This document shows, in pieces, positions 42,750 to 52,681 of a stretch of DNA of 64,000 nucleotides. The translations under genes were made by a program, and so were the position numbers. Each line of letters opens with the position of its first letter. Position 1 is the first letter of the stretch. The notes under the pieces were generated by a model. It saw only the letters and a program-made list of their open reading frames with translations. It was not told the DNA's origin and searched no databases. Origin of the DNA: Candidatus Latescibacterota bacterium (GTDB taxonomy: Bacteria; Latescibacterota; CBDEFO01); NCBI GenBank assembly GCA_965248755.1, contig OZ252149.1, forward strand, positions 2,912,001 to 2,976,000, written 5' to 3'.

Positions 42750-43646
42750 CTAAAGGAGCATATATTTAAGTGAGATGTGAGATCCGCTTCCTCCCAGAAA
42801 GATCCTATCCATAGTTATGTCCAGAATTATGTCCAGCAGTTTCAATCCCCTTCGTTTTTCCACGACAGTCTTTGGGTCTTTCTCCAGGCCCGTCATCTGT
42901 GCCGCTATATCTATAGCGTCTTGATAGTTTCCCAAAACGTCCACGAATCCGTACTCCAGAGCCTGTCTGCCAGTAAATATTCGTCCGTCAGCCAGTTTGA
43001 TCACTTCTTCCTTGGAGAGTTTTCTTTGAGAAACTATAGCTTCTATGAACTGGTTATAGGTGTCATCTATGACGCCCTGTAGTAGTTCTCGCTCCTCCCT
43101 TGTGAGTTCTTTTGAAAATGCTCCCATGTCTTTATACTTGCCGCTCTTTACAACGTCAAATTCCAGCCCGATCTTTTTGAGAAGTTCCTTTGCATTGGCG
43201 AGTTGAGCGATGACTCCTATGCTTCCCGTAATCGTTGCCGGGCTTGCGACTATGGTATCCGCAGCGGCAGCTATGTAATAGCCGCCGGATGCCGCCACGC
43301 TTCCCATAGATACGATGACCTTTTTGCCCTTTGACCTTACCTTGAGCATCGTCTCATATATTTCTTGAGACGGAACAACTGCTCCTCCGGGGCTGTCTAT
43401 CCTTACGACTACGGCCGGCACAGAGTCGTCATCGCTGTATTTTTTCAGTTGCTTTATGACAGAACTGGAGCTGAAGATAGGCCCCTTTATCTCTATCAGG
43501 GCCACTTTCCTGGCCGAATCTCCGCTTATAGAAAGACCGGCGCTCTCCATTCCTATCAGTCCTATTGCGATCAGGACGATCATAAAGACGAATAGGAGGC
43601 TCGATCCAATAATGATTCCTATTATCCAATCCTGCTTCTTTGCCAC
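42750..43646 (-). CDS. sppA: Signal peptide peptidase SppA (36K type)
   Basis: IDSPGG, AASGGYY, TGSIGV, SGKYKD. Confidence 0.93.
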   Translation of the reverse strand: MAKKQDWIIGIIIGSSLLFVFMIVLIAIGLIGMESAGLSISGDSARKVALIEIKGPIFSSSSVIKQLKKYSDDDSVPAVVVRIDSPGGAVVPSQEIYETMLKVRSKGKKVIVSMGSVAASGGYYIAAAADTIVASPATITGSIGVIAQLANAKELLKKIGLEFDVVKSGKYKDMGAFSKELTREERELLQGVIDDTYNQFIEAIVSQRKLSKEEVIKLADGRIFTGRQALEYGFVDVLGNYQDAIDIAAQMTGLEKDPKTVVEKRRGLKLLDIILDITMDRIFLGGSGSHISLKYMLL

Positions 43647-43993
43647 GTCTTATTCTCCTAACTTAACAGAACACTGCAAGATAAAAGGACAATATAATAA
43701 ATATAACGTAACTGGCCTATTTGTCAACAGATTTACATTTAGCTGTCAGGGTAATGCAGTTCTCAGTCTGGAGGTGAGGCAGTACCAATTGAAGACAGAG
43801 TGGTTGAGGCCATCTCGTGGCTAGTTGCCTCTGTTCTCCCTTTACTTCTCATCGGTTCGCCCGAACGTAGAACGGTTCATCTGTAGGGCAGACCTGTGTG
43901 TTTTCTCCTGGTCGAGTGGTCCCCGATTGAATCTGTCGGGGATCGCCCCTACATTTTGTCTATCCTATGATCGAATCTATTGCGGATTGCTAA

Positions 43994-44222
43994 CCCGATT
44001 AATTCATAAACTTGGTGGAGTCATTGCGAGGAGCAAAGCGACGAAGCAATCTCAAGGTTTTATAGTGGTCTCCTATGAGAGCCGGAGAGTATTACATCTA
44101 CCACAGAATCGAGATTGCTTCGCCTTCGGCTCGCAATGACACCGAAGGTGGTTAAACAGCATAACTATAATATAATACAATCCCTTAATTAATACACGGA
44201 CTTTTCTTGTGAATTATTCGGG
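43994..44222 (-). mobile_element. 229-bp MITE with IS1380 termini, TSD CTAA
   Basis: Both ends match the IS1380 at 9195-10841; internal GTCATTGCGAG...CTCGCAATGAC hairpin. Confidence 0.85.
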
Positions 44223-44273
44223 CTAAAGGGTCTTTGCTATCGGCCATGGCATAAGTTTCGCTTGTTTGCTTAC

Positions 44274-44681
44274 CTACTGCAGCATCAGGAACCGAAATCT
44301 GGATCCTTCATATATTTCCCACAAGTATCTCTTGCCACATTCTTGACAGACGATGCTCTCTTCCCCGGGATCATGAGCGGGCATCAATTCGCTGCATACT
44401 TTACACCTGATTGAATTAGCATCCACCGACTTGTCCTGGCCACTGCTATCTTCAAGGACAGTATTACATTGCTTACAGACCCAGATTTCTCGTTCCTCGG
44501 GAGTTCGGCGTTCATAGTTGCGAAAATATCCCAGGATTTGCTGGCGATCATTGGATGACAGTTCCCCAAAGGGAGTCAATTTCGAGTCGCCACAAAGCTT
44601 GCAGCGGTAGCCGGTACGACTGACGAACCTCTTGAACGCAAAGGCAGCACCAATCAACACTACAACGAATCCGGCTATCAA
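44274..44681 (-). CDS. Membrane-anchored multi-CxxC hypothetical protein
   Basis: N-terminal TM; four CxxC motifs. Confidence 0.6.
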   Translation of the reverse strand: MIAGFVVVLIGAAFAFKRFVSRTGYRCKLCGDSKLTPFGELSSNDRQQILGYFRNYERRTPEEREIWVCKQCNTVLEDSSGQDKSVDANSIRCKVCSELMPAHDPGEESIVCQECGKRYLWEIYEGSRFRFLMLQ

Positions 44682-44735
44682 GTATAGAGACAGCTGGATA
44701 CCCCTCGGCAGTTAGCCAAGCCCCTGATGCTTGGT

Positions 44736-44787
44736 GTCCTCCGGAGAGGAAAACGTCCTCCGGAGAGGAAAACGTCCTCCGGAGAGG
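44736..44787. repeat. 19-bp tandem repeat x2.7
   Basis: GTCCTCCGGAGAGGAAAAC units with no spacers. Confidence 0.9.
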
Positions 44788-44887
44788 GTGAGCCTATCTA
44801 TTGCTCCGGAGCGTGAGCTATACGCTTAATGCTTATGAGCATGGATAGAGGTCGTATTGATTGTGGCGTGTCTCCTCAGAACTTGAC

Positions 44888-45838
44888 TCATCTGGTTCGT
44901 AGCTGCTCCCTGAAGGGAAAGCTTATTAGGGGTATGCCCGACGCTGTGAGCGGGTCTTTCGTAAGGTTTCGGGACCATTCGGAGTTCGGATGCCCCTGAG
45001 GTGCTTCGACTTCTCCACTGTAGAGTCTATCGGCTTCAACCCAATCTTCACAGTCGTCTTGACACAGGACAAAGACTTCCTCAAGCTGAGACAGATTCAC
45101 ACTTGAAACTATTTCGACTTTTCTAAACAGACCGCTCTTTCCGTCTCCAAGCTTGTTCACAACGCCCAATTTCAAGCCCTTTGGGAACACACCTCCCATT
45201 CCTGACGATACGACCACATCCCCTTTTTTAATATTACTCTTTAGAGGGACGTCAATGCGAAACAATTCTGTGCCTTCGGACTCCAGAAATCCGAAGATTC
45301 TCTCATCGTTCTGGACAACAGTGCTTACCACGCAATTCCTGTCAGATAAAAGCTGAACAACAGATGTTTTGGAATTGACCCCGAAGACCTTTCCTGCCAG
45401 CCCGCCTAAAGCCACGACCGGCATCTGTTCCCTTACTCCGTCATCGCTTCCGACATTGATTAAGATCGAGGTTACCATTCTGCTTCCCGATTTTGCGATG
45501 ACCTCAGCGGGAAGATACCGAAAGCCGGGCCTTTGCTTAAAGCCCATCTGCCTTCGGAGCCTGATATTTTCCAGTTCGGCTTCCCTGAGCCGCCAGTACT
45601 TAATTGACAGCTCAAGGTTCCAATCTCTCAGGAACTTGTTTTCTCTGGAAAGATCCGCCATCCTGGTAGCCCACGAAAACATTCTATTGCCCGAGCCGAG
45701 AACAGTTGTGGTCACCTGCCTGGCAAGATTTGCTCCTTTTCCTCTATCCCATGCCATCAGGATCAACGACAGTGCAACTGCTGCTGCTAAGGCTATGTAG
45801 TTTTTGTTCGACGATAGGAATTCTGATAGGTTTAGCAT
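44888..45838 (-). CDS. mreC: Rod shape-determining protein MreC
   Basis: TM, coiled coil ENIRLR, INVGSDDGV, SSGMGGVFPKGL; follows mreB. Confidence 0.9.
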   Translation of the reverse strand: MLNLSEFLSSNKNYIALAAAVALSLILMAWDRGKGANLARQVTTTVLGSGNRMFSWATRMADLSRENKFLRDWNLELSIKYWRLREAELENIRLRRQMGFKQRPGFRYLPAEVIAKSGSRMVTSILINVGSDDGVREQMPVVALGGLAGKVFGVNSKTSVVQLLSDRNCVVSTVVQNDERIFGFLESEGTELFRIDVPLKSNIKKGDVVVSSGMGGVFPKGLKLGVVNKLGDGKSGLFRKVEIVSSVNLSQLEEVFVLCQDDCEDWVEADRLYSGEVEAPQGHPNSEWSRNLTKDPLTASGIPLISFPFREQLRTR

Positions 45839-45906
45839 ACAATCCTTCTGGAAGGCCAAGGCACAGGCCAGGTCACCATATATTAGCCTCAATCATCATC
45901 TTGCAT

Positions 45907-46926
45907 TTAAAAGAGTATATCCTGGTATGCGTTGATATTTTCGAGGACCTTTCTAGTCCCTCTGACGACGCATGTGAGCGGGTCTTCCGCCACCATCACC
46001 GGAAGCTTTGTCTCCTCAATAAGTCGATCGGCTAATCCCTTCAGAAGGGCTCCTCCTCCCACCATATTGATCCCTCGATCGAGTATATCCGATGCCAATT
46101 CGGGAGGAGTCTTCTCCAGGGCTTGAAGCACAGCGTTCACTATATCGTTTGTGGTATCGTTTAGGGCTTCTCTTATCTCCTCGGAATGAACCGTGATAGT
46201 TTTGGGGATTCCGCCCACCAGATCGCGGCCCTTTACCGTAGCCTCAATCTCATCATTCATAGGATATGCCGATCCGATCAGGCACTTTATATTCTCCGCC
46301 GTTCTGGGTCCTATGTAGACGTTGTGATTTTTTCTGATATACTGTATTATATCCTCATCCATCTCGTCCCCGGCGATCTTTATGGAGGTATTCATCACGA
46401 TCCCCGACAGGGCCATGACAGCTATCTCAGTGGTTCCGCCTCCTATGTCTATGACCATCGAACCTACCGCCTGCTCGACGGGGAGACCCATGCCGATAGC
46501 CGCCGACATAGGTTCTGTTATGAGATAGACCCCTCTTGCTCCTATGCGTTCGGCGGAATCTCTGACGGCTCTCTTTTCCACCTCCGTTATGCCCGACGGA
46601 ACGCAGATGACTATCCTTGGACGCACCAGGAACCTGTTTTTCTGAACTTTCCGTATAAACGCCCGCAGCAGCAGCTCTGTCACTTCAAAGTCCGCCACTA
46701 CGCCGTCTTTTAAAGGACGTATCGCTTCTATTCTTCCGGGCGTACGGCCCTCCATCTCCTTTGCCTCCAGGCCGATAGCCACCAGTTTTCTGGTGCTCGT
46801 TTCCAGTGCCGCTACCGAAGGCTCATCTACAACTATCCCCTTCCCTTTGACATAGATCAAGGTGTTTGCAGTCCCCAGATCTATTCCTATGTCGTTGACA
46901 ATCAGGTTTGACAGTGAAAATCGCAT
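45907..46926 (-). CDS. mreB: Rod shape-determining protein MreB
   Basis: IDLGTANT, DIGGGTTE, GGGALL. Confidence 0.96.
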   Translation of the reverse strand: MRFSLSNLIVNDIGIDLGTANTLIYVKGKGIVVDEPSVAALETSTRKLVAIGLEAKEMEGRTPGRIEAIRPLKDGVVADFEVTELLLRAFIRKVQKNRFLVRPRIVICVPSGITEVEKRAVRDSAERIGARGVYLITEPMSAAIGMGLPVEQAVGSMVIDIGGGTTEIAVMALSGIVMNTSIKIAGDEMDEDIIQYIRKNHNVYIGPRTAENIKCLIGSAYPMNDEIEATVKGRDLVGGIPKTITVHSEEIREALNDTTNDIVNAVLQALEKTPPELASDILDRGINMVGGGALLKGLADRLIEETKLPVMVAEDPLTCVVRGTRKVLENINAYQDILF

Positions 46927-46974
46927 TGTTTTTCCTCTTCTTTGTCTCCGATTGAATCTATCGGGGATCGGGAA

Positions 46975-48594
46975 TCAATGTAAAAAGTGCCTTGTGCCTG
47001 TAAAGACCATAGATACTCCCGCTTTTTCGCAGGCCTGGATGCACTCCTTGTCGCGGATAGAGCCTCCGGGCTGTACGATGTATCGGATGCCCTCTCTGGA
47101 GGCATACTCGACCGTATCCGGAAAGAAGAAGGAGTCTGATGCCATTACTGTCTCTTTCATCTTATCCACTATATAGTATCCAATATTCCCGGTTTTTCCC
47201 TCTTCCTTAAAGCGCGTCCGGAGATTCTCCTGTGCTTTTGCGGCAGCTAACTTTCTCAAAGAGTCAACGCGGTTGGGCTGTCCTGCCCCCATTCCGAGCA
47301 CCTGAAAGCCACCGGGCTGATATTCCTCGCATATTACGATTGCGTTGGATTTGGTATGCTTTACAGCCTTCAGAGCAAAGAGAGCCAACTCCTTCTTCTC
47401 TTCGGGAAAACCCTCCTCCGTGACGCATTCAAACTTCTGGAAGAGTTCCACATCCGACCCCTGTTCTAATATCCCGCCAGTCATGTGTCTGTACGATTTG
47501 GGAGAAGGTTGGGCATCAGAAAGGGGCGGGATATTCAGTAAAATAAGATTTTTCCTTCTGGATTTCAGAAGTCCCAGCGCTTCATCTTCATATCCCGGAG
47601 CGGCGATGATGTCTATGAATCTGCCCGCAAGGAACTCCGCTGTGTCCAGGTCCATAGCGCGGCTTACAGCCAAAATAGAACCGGCAGACAGACTCATCCT
47701 GTCTCCGTTCCAGGCGGCTTCCACAGCTTCTCTGAGAGTCTCTCCCGTAGCGTAGCCGCAGGGATTCGTATGCTTGACGAAGGCGGCAGCTGGTGTATCT
47801 TTGAGTTCCTTTACGGCCTCAAGCGCTGCGTCGGCGTCCATATAGTTGTTGTAGGACATCTCCTTGCCGTGCAGTTGGACTGCGTGGGCTATAGACGATT
47901 CCTCTGTAGTTTCATCTCTATAAAACGCTGCGCTTTGATGCCAGTTCTCTCCGTATCTTAATTGAACGCCCCCTGTGTATTTGAGCCTTAAGATCTTTTC
48001 GCCCCCAAGCTTTTCGCTCAGGTATCCCTCCACTGCAGAATCGTAGTCGGCTGTGGTTCTGAAGGCCTTAACTGAGAGCATCTCTCTTGTGGAATCGGAA
48101 AGTTCTCCTGTAGTCTTTAGTTCATCGAGTATAGGGCCGTAGTCCGCAGGATCTGTGAGAACACCCACGTGCCGGTAGTTCTTCGCCGCGCTCCTGATTA
48201 AGGTAGGCCCTCCGATGTCTATGTTCTCTATCGCATCTTCCAGAGATGCCTCAGGCCTTTGGATGGTCTCCTCAAAGGGATATAGATTTACGATCACAAG
48301 GTCTATCATCCCTATCCCCTGTTTCTCCGCCTCTCTCATATCCTGTGGATTATCCCGACGCGCTAATATCCCGCCGTGCACCTTCGGATGCAGAGTCTTG
48401 ACCCTTCCGTCCATCATCTCAGGAAAGCCTGTCACATCGGAGACAGATATGGCTTTGATCCCCGACTCCTCTAAGAGCTTGGCAGTCCCCCCAGTAGAGA
48501 CGATTTCAATGCCCAATTCGGAAAGGCCCCTTGCCAGTTCCACGATGCCCGTCTTATCGGATACGCTGATCAATGCGCGTGTTATATTTGTCAA
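46975..48594 (-). CDS. purH: Bifunctional AICAR transformylase/IMP cyclohydrolase
   Basis: ALISVSDKTG, GRVKTLHP, LRYGEN, KHTNPCG, QPGGSIRD, TRHFLH. Confidence 0.94.
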   Translation of the reverse strand: MTNITRALISVSDKTGIVELARGLSELGIEIVSTGGTAKLLEESGIKAISVSDVTGFPEMMDGRVKTLHPKVHGGILARRDNPQDMREAEKQGIGMIDLVIVNLYPFEETIQRPEASLEDAIENIDIGGPTLIRSAAKNYRHVGVLTDPADYGPILDELKTTGELSDSTREMLSVKAFRTTADYDSAVEGYLSEKLGGEKILRLKYTGGVQLRYGENWHQSAAFYRDETTEESSIAHAVQLHGKEMSYNNYMDADAALEAVKELKDTPAAAFVKHTNPCGYATGETLREAVEAAWNGDRMSLSAGSILAVSRAMDLDTAEFLAGRFIDIIAAPGYEDEALGLLKSRRKNLILLNIPPLSDAQPSPKSYRHMTGGILEQGSDVELFQKFECVTEEGFPEEKKELALFALKAVKHTKSNAIVICEEYQPGGFQVLGMGAGQPNRVDSLRKLAAAKAQENLRTRFKEEGKTGNIGYYIVDKMKETVMASDSFFFPDTVEYASREGIRYIVQPGGSIRDKECIQACEKAGVSMVFTGTRHFLH

Positions 48595-48980
48595 GGTTTG
48601 TCCTGTCAGTGTTCGTAGAAAAGATAGTCGTCAAAATGCAGCAATTATAGTGTAGGGGTTGGGTTAGCCAACCCTTGGGGCGAGTGATCCCCGATAGATT
48701 CAATCGGGGACGGCCCTACGAATACAGAACTACATATGTGCCTGACCCCTTCAGGGCTATTAGACGCCGATTTCTGACTACTTTGAGTCACAATGGAGCA
48801 CAGAAGAGGACTTCTCCTTTAGTTGGAGCAGGTTGACTTAATGCGGCCCCAGGTGACGGACTCAACAACATCTACATGGTCAATAGTTCCATCAAAAGGA
48901 AGCAGGCCGTAGTCAACGATGCGTCTTTAGTGAAGTTGAGATCTTAGTCACCACTGTTCGTATAATAGCCGTCGTAGCCC

Positions 48981-51239
48981 TCAACTTCGGGATCGGGATC
49001 GTCTTGACTTGAAAAAGTAGAGCGAAAGCAAGGACAAAGCCACAATCACCAAGATGACCAGAACAAACTTGCCCTTGTTAAAGTAAGCAAGCCCAAGGTG
49101 AACGTGAGCCAAAGCATAATCGGGATCAATTCTTAGAGCCTCCTTGTATTCGGCTATAGACTCGTCAAGTATACCCTTCTCAGCGTAAGCAATCCCAAGG
49201 TGAACGTGAGCCCAAGCATAATCGGGATCAATTCTTAGAGCCTCCTTGTATTCGGCTATAGACTCGTCAAGTATACCCTTCTCAGCGTAAGCAATCCCAA
49301 GGTGAACGTGAGCCCAAGCATAATCGGGATTGATCCTTATGGCCTCTTTGTATTCAGCTATGGCCTCGTCAAGCATGCCCTTATCAGCGTAAGCAATCCC
49401 AAGGTGAACGTGAGCCTTGGCATTGTCGGGGTTGATTCTCAGAGCCTCTTTGTTTTCGGCTATAGCCTCGTCAAGCATACCCTTCTCAGCGTAAGCAGTC
49501 CCAAGGTAAACGTGAGCCCAAGCATAATCGGGATCAATTCTTAGAGCCTCTTTGAATTTGGCTATAGCCTCGTCAAGCATACCCTTCTCAGCGTAAGCAA
49601 TCCCAAGGTTGTTGTGAGCCAGAGCATAATCAGGATCAATTCTTAGGGCCTCTTTGTATTCGGCTATAGCCTCGTCAAGCATACCCTTATTAGCGTAAGC
49701 AAGCCCAAGGTTGTTGTGAGCCAGAGCATAATCAGGATCAATTCTTAGGGCCTCTTTGTATTCAGCTATAGCCTCGTCAGATAGACCCTTTTTACCGTAA
49801 GCAATCCCAAGGTTGTTGTGAGCCCAAGAAAAGTCGGGGTCGATCCTTATGGCCTTTTTGTATTCAGCTATAGCCTCGTCAAGCATACCCTTGTTAAAGT
49901 AAGCATACCCAAGGTTGATGAGAGCCTTGGTATCGTCTGGATTGATTCTCAGAGCCTTTTTGTATTCAGCTATAGCCTCGTCAAGCATGCCCTGCTTACC
50001 ATAAGCCCAACCAAGGTTGTTGTGAGCCATGGCATTGTCGGGGTTGATCCTTATGGCCTCTTTGTATTCAGCTATGGCCTCGTCAAGCATGCCCTTATCA
50101 GCGTAATCAATCCCAAGGTGAACGTGAGCCTGGGCATCATCGGGATTGATTCGCAGAGCCTCTTTGTATTCGGCTATAGCCTCGTCAAGCATACCCTTCT
50201 CAGCGTAAGCAATCCCAAGGCGAACGTGAGCCTGGGCATCATCGGGATTGATTCGCAGAGCCTCTTTGTATTCGGCTATAGCCTCGTCAAGCATGGCCTT
50301 TTCAGCGTAGGAAAGCCCAAGGTTGTTGTGAGCCATGGCATTGTCGGGGTCGATCCTTATGGCCTTTTTGTATTCGGCCATAGCCTCGTCAAGCATGCCC
50401 TTATTAGCGTAAGCAATCCCAAGGTGAACGTGAACGTGAGCATCATCGGGATTGATCCTAAAAGCCTCTTTGTATTCAGCTATTTCCTCATCAAGCATAC
50501 CCTTATTAGCGTAAGCATCTCCAAGGTGAACGTGAGCCCAAGCATAATCGGGATTGATCCTAAGAGCCTCTTTGTATTCGGCTATTGCCTCATCAAGCAT
50601 GCCCTTTTCACTATAAGCCAAACCAAGGTTACCGTGAGCCCAAGCATAATCGGGATTGATCCTAAGAGCCTCTTTGTATTCGGCTATTGCCTCATCAAGC
50701 ATGCCCTTGTTAAAGTAAGGACGCCCAAGGTGAACGTGAACGTGAGCATCATCGGGATTGATCCTAAGAGCCTCTTTGTATTCGGCTATTGCCTCATCAA
50801 GCATGCCCTTCTTACCATAAGCCCAACCAAGACCATAGTGCCCCCAGAAATAATCTGGGTTAATCTCTATAGCTCTTTGAAACTCCTGCATTTTTTGATC
50901 GACATCCTCTAAAGCTCTACCATAGAGATAATGAAACACTTCGCTGTCGGGGTTCTCCTCGACCTTCTTCCTATACTCCGCTATTACCTCTTCCCCTTTG
51001 TCTCTATCCCTCAGGATGTCCATATACTCCCTGTGGGCTTCTGTATATTCAGGAGAAATCTCGATGGCCTTCTTGAACGCCTCCAACGCCTCGTCTAAAT
51101 CCTTCTCCTTTTTTTGCTCCATCCCACGCTCGAAATGTCCCTTTGCCCGCTCATCAATCCCTTCCTGGGATGTGGCTATCCCCACAAGGATTAAGGATAG
51201 CATCCCGACTATGGTAAGAATGTTGAATGAGCTTTTCAT
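48981..51239 (-). CDS. Secreted, C-terminally anchored TPR protein with 17 near-identical 34-aa repeats
   Basis: Signal peptide; (GMLDEAIAEYKEALRINPD...)x17; C-terminal TM followed by a basic tail. Confidence 0.9.
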   Translation of the reverse strand: MKSSFNILTIVGMLSLILVGIATSQEGIDERAKGHFERGMEQKKEKDLDEALEAFKKAIEISPEYTEAHREYMDILRDRDKGEEVIAEYRKKVEENPDSEVFHYLYGRALEDVDQKMQEFQRAIEINPDYFWGHYGLGWAYGKKGMLDEAIAEYKEALRINPDDAHVHVHLGRPYFNKGMLDEAIAEYKEALRINPDYAWAHGNLGLAYSEKGMLDEAIAEYKEALRINPDYAWAHVHLGDAYANKGMLDEEIAEYKEAFRINPDDAHVHVHLGIAYANKGMLDEAMAEYKKAIRIDPDNAMAHNNLGLSYAEKAMLDEAIAEYKEALRINPDDAQAHVRLGIAYAEKGMLDEAIAEYKEALRINPDDAQAHVHLGIDYADKGMLDEAIAEYKEAIRINPDNAMAHNNLGWAYGKQGMLDEAIAEYKKALRINPDDTKALINLGYAYFNKGMLDEAIAEYKKAIRIDPDFSWAHNNLGIAYGKKGLSDEAIAEYKEALRIDPDYALAHNNLGLAYANKGMLDEAIAEYKEALRIDPDYALAHNNLGIAYAEKGMLDEAIAKFKEALRIDPDYAWAHVYLGTAYAEKGMLDEAIAENKEALRINPDNAKAHVHLGIAYADKGMLDEAIAEYKEAIRINPDYAWAHVHLGIAYAEKGILDESIAEYKEALRIDPDYAWAHVHLGIAYAEKGILDESIAEYKEALRIDPDYALAHVHLGLAYFNKGKFVLVILVIVALSLLSLYFFKSRRSRSRS

Positions 51240-51453
51240 AGCTTCAACCTGCCGAAAGGATAGCACCGCCTGACTTATGAAGTAAAGCTATAAATTCACA
51301 GTTTTAAAAGACTAAGTGCAGTGTCACAAGCTTGCCTATCACAGCAGGATGTTGGGAGCAAACCCGAAATCTGGAGGCCCTTGGGGCGAGTGATCCCCGA
51401 CCCCCAATTGAATCTATTGGGGGCTCAATCGGGGACGCCCCTACGAATACACA

Positions 51454-52344
51454 TTACGTAAATTCCCGCCCTACCAGTTGCCTGTAGGCTTCCTTGTACT
51501 TATCCAGAGTCCTCTGGACAATGTCCTCCGGAAGTTCGGGCGCAGGAGGAGTCTTGTCCCAATCCAGCGTATCCAGATAGTCTCTTACAAATTGCTTGTC
51601 GAAGCTGTCCTGCGGGCCTCCGGGAGTGTACCTGTCCTTTGGCCAGAATCTGGACGAATCGGGAGAGAGTATCTCGTCTATAAGGATAGTCTGACTGTCT
51701 GTTATGCCGAACTCGAACTTGGTGTCAGCTATGATAATGCCCTTTTCCTGCGCGTAATTGTGGGCTTTTCTATATATCGCTATGGTCAAATCTCTCAACT
51801 TTTCAAGGACTTCCATCTCTACTATATCCAACGCTTCCTCAAACGAGATGTTCTCATCGTGTCCGGAGTCGGCCTTAGTTGCCGGCGTAAAGATGATCTG
51901 GGGCAGCCTGTCTGATTCTCGCAAGCCATCGGGGAGCTGTATGCCGCAGACTGAGCCGGAGGATTTATATTCCCTCCATCCTGAGCCTGAAAGATAACCC
52001 CTTGCCACGCATTCCAGGTCGAGGCGATCTGCCTTTTTAACAAGCATCGACCTTCCATCCAGAACTTCTCGGAACTCCCGAAGTTCCGGAGGATAGTCGT
52101 CCACTTCCGAGGCTACGAGGTGATTTTGGACTATATCCTGCATCATATCGAACCAGAAGATGGACATAGCTGTAAGGATTTTGCCCTTACCTGGGATGCC
52201 GTTGGGCATAATACAATCGTAGGCAGAGATCCTGTCTGTGGCTACGATAAGAAGCTTATCGTCCAGATCATATACGTCTCTGACTTTGCCCCTTGTGAAG
52301 AGCTTCATCCCGTTCAAGTCTGTCTTTATTAGAGCGTCTTCCAT
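51454..52344 (-). CDS. purC: SAICAR synthetase
   Basis: [38 protein letters not shown]. Confidence 0.96.
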   Translation of the reverse strand: MEDALIKTDLNGMKLFTRGKVRDVYDLDDKLLIVATDRISAYDCIMPNGIPGKGKILTAMSIFWFDMMQDIVQNHLVASEVDDYPPELREFREVLDGRSMLVKKADRLDLECVARGYLSGSGWREYKSSGSVCGIQLPDGLRESDRLPQIIFTPATKADSGHDENISFEEALDIVEMEVLEKLRDLTIAIYRKAHNYAQEKGIIIADTKFEFGITDSQTILIDEILSPDSSRFWPKDRYTPGGPQDSFDKQFVRDYLDTLDWDKTPPAPELPEDIVQRTLDKYKEAYRQLVGREFT

Positions 52345-52508
52345 TCTTCTCCACTTTTGAGTTTTGCAATCATTTAGGTAGTTAAATCGTACGAATCGCA
52401 TCTATTTAGAGATAGTAGAACTAACTAATATATAGAGCATAGGGCTCTATGTCAAGTGTTTTTGACGCTATCTTCCACTGAAATCACAAATTAGCCGAAT
52501 TTTGGGGC

Positions 52509-52537
52509 TTGACTTTCACAAAATATGGCTCTATCTT
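52509..52537 (+). promoter_or_regulatory. Sigma70-like promoter, divergent from purC
   Basis: TTGACT-17 bp-TATCTT; a TTGACA-17 bp-TATATT match on the minus strand starts near 52455. Confidence 0.5.
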
Positions 52538-52681
52538 TAGCATTATTAGGCGTGTTGAACGGATACGCCGCAACCAAGGGGAAAGAGTGAATGCGGTTGA
52601 CAACAGGTTTGTGCAAGGTGGCGCTGAAATAGGATGTCATAGATTTTCAGTAGAGATAGTGACGATAATAAGGATTTGATA

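Noticed and set aside
43825..44139. 104-aa ORF
   Set aside because: Made of REP, palindrome and MITE sequence; no RBS or domain evidence.
44736..44787. Mini CRISPR array
   Set aside because: Head-to-tail 19-bp units with no unique spacers.
49060..50830. Diversity-generating retroelement acting on the TPR repeats
   Set aside because: No reverse transcriptase or template repeat in the window, and synonymous adenines in the constant helix (ATA, GAA, AAA) are mostly conserved, unlike A-to-N mutagenesis.
49818..50912. 364-aa plus-strand ORF
   Set aside because: Antisense shadow of the repetitive TPR gene.
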